DNA of 64,000 nt from Squalus acanthias. Lineage: Eukaryota. Under the pieces are notes generated by a model. The model had not been told where the DNA came from. It saw only the letters and a list, made by a program, of their open reading frames with translations, and did not search any database. Location of the stretch: the NCBI GenBank assembly GCA_030390025.1, contig CM059431.1, positions 129,148,001 to 129,212,000 of the forward strand, given 5' to 3'. The position numbers and the translations under genes were made by a program. Numbering within the stretch: position 1 is the first letter of the stretch; each line of letters starts with the position of its first letter. Of this stretch, positions 1-10,687 are shown in pieces.

Positions 1-628
1 GGCAGGAGTGGGAAAAACCAACTCCAACAGAATTCTTCTCCTGACAAAATGCTTAGAACATGGTCTTGTCATAATCAACACCTTGTTTCGTCAGAGAGAT
101 AAGTACAAGGCCTCATGGCAACACCCTCGCTCCAGGCATTGGCATCTGTTGGACTACGTCATTGTCCGAGCGAGCGACCGCAAGGATGTCTGCATCACCC
201 GCGCCATGACAGGAGCGGACGACTGCTGGACTGACCACCGCCTAATCAGTTTCGTTATCTCAATCAACCTAGCCTCAAAATGGTGGCAGCAACAGAAACG
301 CTGCCGCAGAAAAATCAACGCTGAAGGACTCGAAGACCCTGCAAAGAAAGCCTTATTCAGTCAATGCCTCACAGCTAACCTGACGACTCCCAATGAACCG
401 GAGCCGCAGAGTGTCAATAGTGCCTGGTCTGCCCTTAAGTCCACCATAATTAGCATCTGTGAAGAGACACTTGGTTACTCTACCAGAAAACATCAAGACT
501 GGTTTGATGAGAACGACCAGGAGATCCAGGAGCTAATAAATCATAAACGTAAGGCATTCTTGAATTGGAAACATTATCACAACTCGAGGGAAAGGAGACA
601 GATTTACAGACAACTGAAGGTCGAGGTC

Positions 629-1219
629 TTAGACATAGAAACATAGAAGATAGGAGCAGGATTAGGCCATTCGGCCCCTCGAGCCTGCTCCGCCATTCGA
701 TGAGATCATGGCTGATCATCCAAACTCAGTACCCTGTACCTGCCTTCTCCCCATATCCCTTGATACCTTTAGCTTTAAGAAATATATCTAACTCATTCTT
801 GAATATATTTAATGACTTGGCCTCAACTACCTTCTGTGGTATAGAATTCCACAGGTTCACCACTCTCTGGGTGAAGAAATTCTTCCTCATTTCTGTCCTA
901 AATGGCTTACCCGTTATCCTTAGATTATGACCCCTGGTTCTGGACTCTCCAACCATCGGGAACATTCTTCCTGCATCTAGTTTGTCCAGACCTGTCAGAA
1001 TTTTATATGTTTCGATGAGATCCCCTCTCATTCTTCTATACTCCAGCGAGTATAAGCCCAATCGACCCAATCTCTCCTCATATGTCATTCCTGCCATCCC
1101 AGGTATCAGCCTTGTGAATCTTCGCTGAACTCCTTCCATGGCAAGAACATCCTTCCTCAGATAAGGCGACCAAAACAGCACACAGTACTCAAGGTGTGGT
1201 CTCACCAAGGCCCTGTACA
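629..1219 (-). mobile_element. 5'-truncated CR1 LINE inserted in the RTE element
   Basis: Minus-strand ORF2 C-terminus [13 protein letters not shown]...FFTQRVVNLWNS. 3'UTR ends in a (TTTCTATG)n tail at ~633-649. The RTE reading frame resumes at ~1220. Confidence 0.92.
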
Positions 1220-2385
1220 AACAAAAAACATACCTAAAGATCAGATGGTGGGTGAAAAGAGTGCAGGAGATCCAGCAACTAGCCGACAACCATGACGTGC
1301 GTGGATTCTTTAGCGCAGTCAAGACCATCTACGGCCCAAGCACCCAAGGACCTATCCCGCTGAGAGCTAAGAACAATGAGGTGCTCAACAAGGACAGAGA
1401 GGCAGTCAGTGACCACTGGAAGGAGCACTTCGAAGATCTCCTCAACCAAAACTCCGTCTTCGACGTGAGTGTCCTTGACTCCATCTCACAGCATGCTATC
1501 CCGCCACTATCTCAACACAATCCCAGCCCGGCATGAGGTTGAAAAGGCCATCCGACAGCTGAAGAATTTCCGGGGCAGATGAAATCCCCGCTGAAGTACT
1601 AAAGCATGGCGGAGAAGTACTCTTGGCATGAATCCATGACCTTATCTCTCTTATCTGGAAGGAGGAGAGCATGCCAGGGGATTTCAGAGACGCCGTAATC
1701 ATGACCATCTTCAAAAAAGGAGACAAGTCTGATTGCAGTAATTACAGCGGAGTTTCCCTGTTTCTGCCACAGGGAAAGTCATTGCAAGAATCCTCCTCAA
1801 TCATCTCCTCCCAGCAGCTGAAGAGCTCCTCCCAGAGTCACAATGTGGATTCCGCCCACTAAGAGGCACAATGGACATGATTTTCACTGTGCGACAAATC
1901 CAAGTAAAATGTATGGAGCAGCATCAACCTCTGTACATGGCCTTTTTTGACCTCACAAAGGCCTTTGACTCTGTCAACCAAGAGGGATTATGGAGTGTCC
2001 TTCTCAAATTTGGCTGACCTCAAAAATTCGTTACCATCCTCCATCTGCTCCACGATGACATGCAAGCCTTGATCCTTACTAACGAATCCATCACAGACCC
2101 AATACAAGTGAAGACCGGGATCAAGCAAGGCTGTGTCATTGCACCAATGCTCTTTTCAATCTTTCTCACTGCAATACTTTATCTCACCTCTAACGAGCTT
2201 CCCACCGGAGTGGAGCTAATCTACAGGATGAACAGGAAATTGTTCAATCTCCATCGCCTTCAGTCCAGAACCAAGATTGTCCCAACCTCTGTTATTGAAT
2301 TACAGTATGCAGATGACGCTTGTGTTTGTGCACTAGGTGAGAATTCACGTCAATGTTGACTCCTTCACTGAAGCATACGAGAGAC

Positions 2386-3874
2386 TGAAGGGATAATTAC
2401 AAGTCCTAGCCCTTTTCGGGCTACCCCAGATCAGGCGTATTCCCCAGACGTTCACCTTCAACTGAAGTTAGCGGTAGCCGAATCCTAGAGACACTTAATT
2501 GGGTCTAAAGGTCAGATTAACTCTCCCTAAAGGAAAGGAACGGCCTGAAGATGTTACCGTCCTCCGGATAGCACTTTTAATACGTTTAACTAGACTGTAA
2601 CCTTCCGGACATTATGAGGGTCCGGAAAACCCCCCAGAATTCTGCAACTCCTCTCTGAAGAGTGCACAGAAATTGAGTTCGCGAGATTGATACAGAAATA
2701 CTCTTTGAGACAATTTTAAAAATATATAGATTTATTAAAGAACCGACATCAAGTTAACAGCTGATATGGCAATCGCAACTTTAACAGTTCAAAATACAAA
2801 TAGCTTAAATTTCTTATCAGAGATCCTTATTCTCAAATCTTAACTTCATTACATTTCCACACTTCTACTTATTTCTTAATCCAGAATATCCACCAAAATC
2901 AAATACCTTGATTACCCGAGACTCAGAGTTGAAAACTTACAGAGCGTGCCTGTGAAGTTGAGAAACGCTTGCCCTTCCAGCGACTTCTGACTCTCTATCT
3001 GAAAAGCTTTATTTTTATACCTTTTTTTAGTGGTATTTTCTTTGAAGTTTCCTGCTGATGTAAGCTAATTATCTCTAGTGATTCTTTATTGAATTCTTTT
3101 CTATTCTTACTGTCATTTCAGCTGCCAACTTTTAGAATTCTGTCTCTACCTTTAGGTGTTTCAAAAACTATCATAAAATGGTTATTACAGATTTATCTTT
3201 TTGATGCTATTCTTAGGAAGTCTTTCTATTGAATTCTTAATATCACTTAACTGCTTGTAAGCCAGATGTCGTGACTCCGTGGTGTTCCAAGTTCAATACA
3301 AACACAATGTAATTGCTTGGTGTCATCTATTGATATTATATCTTCAAAGCCTCTCTGTAGGTATATTTTACAACTCGTAAATTGAAAACACTTCTCTTAG
3401 GGTGTTTACTTGTTTTCTTGCTATCTCAATTGGTTGCATATTTTATCGTGTTTCCTGTTTCTAAGTTTAACATAAAACTATTTTACGGCAGGTATTTCTT
3501 TTACTTGATGTCATTTTTTCAAAGGCACTTGTTTTTTTAATGTTCTGTGCACCTGTTCGACGTGTTAGATTTTGACACTTTACTTGGGTCATTCCATTGT
3601 GTTTCTCTCAAACTCCAGACCTTCTGGAAGCGCCAATGGTTTGCTTCAATAGGGGCATTGTTTTTGTGTTTACAACCATCTCCCATTTCAGAGCTTGTGG
3701 TGTTTTACAGCTTTTGTGTTAACACTTCATCTTATCTCAGAAGCCTGTATTGCGTTTGCAGCCTGTGTTGCCGAGGCTTTCCAGACTTTTAAACTCAGTA
3801 TGTCTTGTATTAATAATATCAGAAATCTGTTTATAGGATGGTATATTTTTCTGAAATATGGCTATTCCATTACA
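2386..3874 (-). mobile_element. Solo LTR, family A copy 1 (1489 bp; retrovirus or LTR retrotransposon)
   Basis: Starts TG (2386) and ends CA (3874). 4-bp TSD AGAC at 2382-2385 and 3875-3878; removing the element restores RTE coding sequence. Minus-strand TATAAAA ~3019-3013, GTAAGT 2940-2935 and AATAAA 2736-2731. Homologous to 18863-20004. Confidence 0.9.
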
Positions 3875-4889
3875 AGACTGGGCCTTACATTAAACATCTG
3901 AAAGACAAAGGCTCTTTACCAACCTGCCCCCGCCGCACAACACTGCCCCCTAACTATCAAAATCCATGACGAGACCTTGGACAGTGTGGACCACTTTCCA
4001 TACCTTGGGAGCCTTCTGCCAGCGAGGGCGGACATCGATGATGAAATCCAACACTGTCTTCAGTGTGCCAGTGCAACCTTCGGCCACCTGAGGAAGAGAG
4101 TGTTTGAAGAACAAGACCTCAAACCCGGCACCAAGCTCATGGTCTACAGAGCAGCAGTGATACCCGCCCTCCTGTATGCTTCAGAGACATGGACAACATA
4201 CAGTAGGCACCTCAAAGCACTGGAGAAGTATCACCAACGCTGCCTCCTTAAAATCCTGCAAATTCATTGGCAGGATAGGCGTACCAATGTCAGTGTTCTC
4301 TCTCAGGCCAACATCCCCAGCATTGAGGCATTGATCATGCTCAATCAGCTCCGATGGATGGGCCACATTGTCCCCATGCCTGATACAAGACTCCTGAAAC
4401 AAGCACTCTACTCCAAGCTCCGTCACGGCAAGCGATTTCAAGGAGGGCAGAGAAAAGGCTTCAAGGACGCCCTCAAAGCCTCCTTGAAAAAATGTAACAT
4501 CCTCATCAAATCTTGGGAATCCCTGGCCCAAGACCGCTCAAATTGGAGGAGAAGCATTCGAGAAAGAGCCGAACACTTTGAGTTTCTTCGTCGGGAGCAC
4601 GCGGAGACCAAGTACAAACAGCGGAAGGAGCGTATGACAAACCAAGCACTCCACCCACTCGTCCCTTCTACCACTACCTACCCCACCTGTGGCAGAGTCT
4701 GTAGCTCCCGCATAGGACTCGTTAGATACCTTAGAACCCACAATATTGGAGTGGAAGCACGTCATCCTCGACTCCGGGGGACTGCCTAAGAAAGAAGGAG
4801 GGTCTGTGCAACCTGACACATGTGCTGGCAGGCCTCCTGATGACCATTATTCCATAAAACCTACTTATCCTCAAATTCCATGAGTGCAA

Positions 4890-5071
4890 GAGGAATTCCC
4901 CAGTGGAATGTTCATCCAAGCAATACCAGAGAATTTTTTTTTCTGAGGACACACTGATATCGGGGAACTTCACCCACCGGCAGCGCATATCCAAAAATCA
5001 CTGTCAAGCTGCACTAGGTGAGAATTCCCGTCAATGTTAACTAGGAAAATTACTCCAGAGTGTTTCACCCC
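4890..5071. mobile_element. Degraded palindromic MITE
   Basis: Imperfect inverted arms (ggggaacttcaccc..gcagc / gctgc..ggtgagaattccc). Resembles the palindromic element at 40685-40822. Confidence 0.45.
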
Positions 5072-6158
5072 AAGATGTTTGAATTGGTAGTAGATGAAAA
5101 ATGAAACTAAAATACAAATATGGAAAAATTAAGTAAAAATGGTCATAAAATTCTCCAAATTAAATGAAACAAAAGAAAACTAAAAATAGTAACAGAAACA
5201 GAAATAAATTCGACTTCAGCGGTAGCTGGAGAATAAATTCGGGCTGGATGTAAAGCAGGCTGCTCATTCACTATCGCCCATTTCACCTCCAATGTTTCAG
5301 CTGCAGTTCCTTTATTAGAACTGCAAGAAATTAGAGATGAAAAGTATTTAAAAAGGAACAGAACAAAGGGGGAAGGGGTAAGGAGAAACAAGTAATACCT
5401 CACACTAATTTCCAATGCAACTAAACACAGCTTTAAGAGGAACACCGGGCACGTTAACAAATGCATTCACATAAAATAGGCCCTCAACAATGACGTGCTG
5501 TGGAGCAGAACACGCGAAACACAGGTCCTAGCCTAACTAGCATTATTTTCAGACCTGTAATGAGGCCTTCTTGTGCCAAAAATAGAAGCCTCTTACGTAC
5601 CTGTCACAGCATCCAGCAATGTTTGAGCCAATGGGCTGAATTTTTACTTTCAAGACTGAGCGGGTTTGTGAGCGGGTGGGCAGTTAAAAGCGCTGACATT
5701 GACAGCGCGTCAGGAAGCCGGCTTCAATTCGCCGGCTTCCACCTTTAACTCGAGTGAGTTAGTTAGTGCAATGGAGACCCACTCGGGAAAGGTGGGTGAC
5801 CTAATTAAAGCAGTTTAAAGCTCGTTAAGGGGCTTTTAAAAGTCTTTTTAACCTGATGTTGCAGATTTTACTGGCTGTCCATGGGATTCCCGGGCTTGCT
5901 GAACCTCGCCAGTGAAAGCAAGGCGAGAGCAGAGCAGCCATTGTGGGAGTTGAACAATTGAACTTAAAACAAACATTAATACTCACACCTCACACCTGCT
6001 TCCTTGCCTAAGGGAAAGGCTCTTGCTGACACCACTTGTGCTGAGAGTATGCTTTCAGGAGTTTACAGGTGATTTCTACAACTTTGGAAGTTATTCTCAC
6101 TACATTGGAGGATTGTGCCTCTGATCTCCACTTTAACCCTGGCATCTATCAGATCAGC

Positions 6159-7399
6159 ATGGGTGCTGCTTATGCTGTTTCACCTTGGACCTCAGATGAG
6201 GACCAAGATGAGCCCCAGCACCAACAACACCAGCAGGAGCAGCAGGAGCAGCAGCAGCAGCTTTCTCCTCACTGACCTGCCGCTCCACAGGAGAGAGGGG
6301 ATAAACAGAGAGGTGCACCTCACAGGAGGTGATACCCCCAACACGGTCTATAGGGAGAGGATGAGTTTCCTGGACATGACTGGACACCAGTGCCTCAGGA
6401 GGCTCAGGCTATCGTGTCAGGTCGTGGCAGACATTTGTAGCCTGCTGGAAGAAGACCTGCTGCCAAGTGGACCTGGTGGACACGCGACTGTCAAAGTGAC
6501 CACCACCCTCACATCTTCGCCTCAGGCTCCTTCCAGGGATCTGCAGGAGACATTTGCAGGATCTCGTAGTCTGCTGCACACAAATGCATCACTCAGGTGA
6601 CCGATGCCATGCTTGACCAGGCAGGCAGTTATGTGCACTTTGCCACTGATGAAGCCAGTCAGATTGAGCGGGCGCTCGGCTTTGCGAATCTGGCTGGCTT
6701 CCCACAGCTGCAGGGCATCATCGACTGCACACATGTGGCCATCAAGGCACTCCCACATCACCCAGGAGTGTTCATGAACCAAATGGGCTTCCATTCCATC
6801 GATGTACAGCTCATCTGCAAACACAAAAAGATCATCATGCATGTGTGTGCCAGATTCCCAGGGAGCTGTCATGATTCATTCATCCTGTGCCAGTCCATCC
6901 TCCCTCAGCTTTTCGCTTCTCCAACCAGACTTGCCAGCTGGCTGCTTGGAGTCATCCACAGAAGACATGGCTGATGACATCCTTGAAGAGGCCAAGCAAT
7001 GAGGTCGAAGAGCGCTACAATCAAAGCCAGATGACAACGAGATGTGTAATAGCGTAAGCAATCGGGATGCTGAAGATGCGCTTCAGATGTCTGGACAGAT
7101 CTGGAGGAGCTCTGCAATACGCAGCAGTCAGGGTCTCCAGAATGATCGTGGTATGCTGCGCTCTGTACAACATAGCGCTGCAGCGAGGTTTAGAGCTGCA
7201 GGAGGAGCAAGGCGTAGCGCACAGAGCCTCTTCATAGGAGGAGGAGGATGAGGAGGAGGATGAGGAGGAGGAGGAGCAGGAAGAACATGAGGAGGAGAAG
7301 GAGGAGGAGGAGGAACCTGAAGTGGACATGACACCAGTAGCGGCGCATATTGCTGCCCAGGAGGCCCGGGATGACCCCATAATGGTACGATTTAGATAA
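6159..7399 (+). pseudogene. Harbinger (HARBI1-like) DDE transposase, frameshifted
   Basis: Motifs CLRRLRLS, GFPQLQGIIDCTHVAI, GFHSIDVQLIC, ARFPGSCHDSFIL and MLKMRFRCLD are spread over several frames. Acidic (GAG)n C-terminal tail at ~7237-7315. Confidence 0.88.
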
Positions 7400-8584
7400 G
7401 TTACACCAATGCACCCATATGGCACCCAGATGCTGAACTAACTTCCCCCTCCCCCCCTCCCTGCCACCACCACAAAGCAGTTCCAAAATGACCAAACCAT
7501 TCCTGTTACATACACCCATTACTCAAATGGTAATATCTTACCATTCACTCCAACTAACAAGGCCATTTGCCAAGCAGCAGGCAAAAATGGACAGGACCGG
7601 GAAGTGGTGCAAAGGAATAATTTTATGTGGCTCATAACTTCAACAGAAACGTAACCATCCAACACTTTATAACACACCCATGTGCATCTACAATTGTGCC
7701 ATCTTTCTCTTTCTCCAACTCCTACAATGTGCAACCCCTGTGGCTTCAGCAGAGGTAGAGACAGGCTGCTCACTTCCCTGCTCTGACTGCTTAAACACTT
7801 TTGGCAGATGTCCTCTGGGTTTTGGAGATGGTGAGGGCTCCGCCAAAGACTGCTCCTTCTGCACCTGTGCAGCAGCAAACTCGGCCATTGAGATACAAGG
7901 CAGCATGTCGAGTAATGACTGAGAGGGGGGCAACGGGCGAGAAGTGGGAGCGCTTTGAGCAAAGCCCCCACTTCCATGTCCCCTCTCACCATCATCCCTT
8001 TCAGAGAGGATAGAAATAAAAGATAATAAAGGATCAATCACACTAATGGGGTAGTCTATAGATCACCTCATAGTGGAAGGGAGGTGGAGGAAGAAATATG
8101 CAAATAAATGAAGGAAATGAGTAAAAAACAGAATAAAATCATGGGAGATTTCAACTACCCCGATATTAATTGGCCAGAAGAGGTAGGTAAAGGGGATAAG
8201 GAAATGGAGTTCCTACAATGTGTATAGGACTCCTTTCTAACCCAATATGTAAGAAGCCCAACAAGGGAGGATTCACTATTGGATCCATTAATGGGAAATG
8301 AACCAGAGCAAATAAAAGAAGTAAAAGTAGGGGAAAATCTAGGCAATAGTGACCATCATAAAATACGCTTTACGATAATAATTGAGAAGGACATAACTAT
8401 GACAGAAGACTGGGGTAATAGATTGGAGAAAAGCCGATTTTGCGGGGCTGAGAATAAAACTTAAGAAAATAAAATGGACAACAATATTGGCAAACAATGA
8501 TGTAGAACAGCAGTGGGAAATATTTAAAACGGTGTTCAACAGAGTCCAGGAAAAATATATTCCACTAAGAAACAAGGACAAGCT

Positions 8585-8985
8585 AGAATCATAGAATGGT
8601 TACAACACAGAATGAGGCCATTTGGCCCGTCGAGCACATGCTGGCTCTCTGCGAGAGCACTTCAGCTAGTCCCACTCCACCGCCCTTTCCCCGTAGCCCT
8701 GCAATTTTTTTTCTTTCAGGTACTTATCCATTTTCCTTTAGAAAGCCAAGATTGAATCTGCCTGCACCACCCTTTCAGACAGTGCATTCTAGATCCTAAC
8801 CACTCGCTGCCTAAAAAAGTTTTTCCTCATGTCGCCTTTGAACCTTCTGCCAATCGCCTTAAATCTGTGTCCTCTGGTTCTCGACCCTTCCGCCAATGGG
8901 AATAGTTACTCTCTATCTACTCTGTCTAGACTCTAATGATTTAGAATACCTCTATCAAATCTCCTCTTAACCTTCTCTGCTCTAA
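8585..8985 (-). mobile_element. CR1 3'-end fragment
   Basis: Begins agaatcatagaat (CR1 tail on the minus strand), followed by 3'UTR and terminal ORF2 codons. Same 3'UTR as 15888-16005. Confidence 0.8.
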
Positions 8986-9474
8986 GTAGGAAATGGTGTT
9001 CCACAAGGATCAGTGCTGGGACCACTGTTGTTCACAATTTATATTAATGATTTAGACTTTGGAATCAAAAACACAATTTCTAAAATTGCAGATGACACCA
9101 AATTGGGGGTGGAGATAGTCAATACTGAGGAGGACTGGGAACTGAGGAATACAACTGTATACCTTCCTCCAGTCCAAATTACAAGAAGACATTAATAAAC
9201 TTGAAGAATGGGTATATAATTGGCAAATGAAATTCAACACAGATAAATGTGAGGTATTACATTTTGGTAAGAAAAATAGGGAGGTTACATATTACTTGGA
9301 AAATACAAATCTAAATGGGGTAGAAGAGCAAAGGGATTTCGGAGTACAAATACACAAATCACTGAAAGTAGCGACACAGGTTAACAAGGCCATAAAAAAA
9401 AGCAAACCAAACACTAGGGTTTATTTCTAGAGGGATAGAATTGAAAAGTAGAGAAGTTATGCTAAACTTGTCTC

Positions 9475-10687
9475 GATGTGGTATACCTGGACTTCCAAAA
9501 GGCCTTCGTTAAGGTCCCACATAAAAGATTAGCATGGAAAATTGAAGCTCATGGGATAAAGGGGAAAGTATTGACGTGGATAGAGACCTGGCTGTCAGAT
9601 AGAAAACAGAGAGTTGGAATAAACGGCTAATTTTCTGAATGGCAGGCAGTAACAAGTGGGGTACCACAGGGATCTGTCCTGGGTCCCCAGCTGTTCACAA
9701 TTTACATTAATGACCTGGATCAGGGAGTCGGATGCAGCATTTCCAAATTTGCAGACGACACTAAACTAGGAGGGGGGGTGGGCTCAGAGGAGGAGACCAG
9801 GAAGCTCCAGAGCGATTTGGACAGACTGGGTGATTGGGCGGATAAATGGCAGATGCACTATAATGTGGACAAGTGCGAAGTTATCCACCTTGGGTGCAGG
9901 AACGGGAGGGCAAATTATTATTTAAATGGCAATAAATTGGGAGAGGGGGAAGTACAGAGAGACCTGGGTGTTCTTGTACACCAGTCACTGAAGGCGAGCA
10001 TGCAGGTGCAACAGGCGGTCAAGAAGGCAAACGGTATGCTGGCCTTCATAGCAAAAGGGTTGGAATACAGGAACAGGGATACCTTGCTGCAGCTGTACAG
10101 GGCACTGGTGAGACCACACCTCGAGTACTGTGTACAGTTTTGGTCGCCTCATCTGAGGAAAGATGTTCTTGCCATGGAGGGGGTGCAGCGGCGATTCACC
10201 AGGCTGATACCAGGAATGGCGGGATTGACCTATGAGGAGAGACTATGTAGTTTAGGGATGTACACACTGGAGTTTAGAAGATTGAGAGGGGACCTCATAG
10301 AAGTGTATAAAATTCTGACAGGTCTAGACAGACTAGATGCAGAAGGAATGTTTCCCTTGGCGGGTGAGAACAGAACTAGAGGACATAATTTAAGGATAAG
10401 GGCTAAACCATTTAGGACAGAAATGAGGGGGAATTTCTTCACTCAGAGGGTGGTGAACCTGTGGAACTCATTGCCACAGAGGGCAGTGTACGCCAGCTCA
10501 TTAAATATATTTAAGAGGGAATTAGATATATTTCTACAGGCAAAAGGGGTTAAGGGTTACGGAGAGAAGGCGGGGACGGGATACTGAATTGGAGGATCAG
10601 CCATGATCTCATTAAATGGCGGAGCAGGCTCGAAGGGCCGGATGGCCTACTCCTGCTCCTATCTTCTATGTATCTATGTATCTATGT
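9475..10687 (+). mobile_element. Young 5'-truncated CR1 LINE
   Basis: RT from DVVYLDFQKAF to stop (ORF 9778-10587). (TATCTATG)n tail. Near-identical to the inverted copy at 37022-38474. Confidence 0.93.

Larger units (their letters stand above)
1..4797 (+). mobile_element. RTE-clade (BovB-like) non-LTR retrotransposon, degenerate, interrupted by a CR1 fragment and a solo LTR; 5' part outside window
   Basis: APE endonuclease C-terminus (SWQHPRSRHWHLLDYVIV...TDH, 8-628). Linker and RT pieces (HQDWFDEND; KKGDKSDCSNY; GIKQGCVIAP; LQYADD at ~2300). C-terminal ORF 3977-4789 (FPYLGS...LLYASETW...LRWMGH...CGRVCSSRIGL). Short AAG-type tail after the stop. Multiple stops and frameshifts. Confidence 0.93.
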
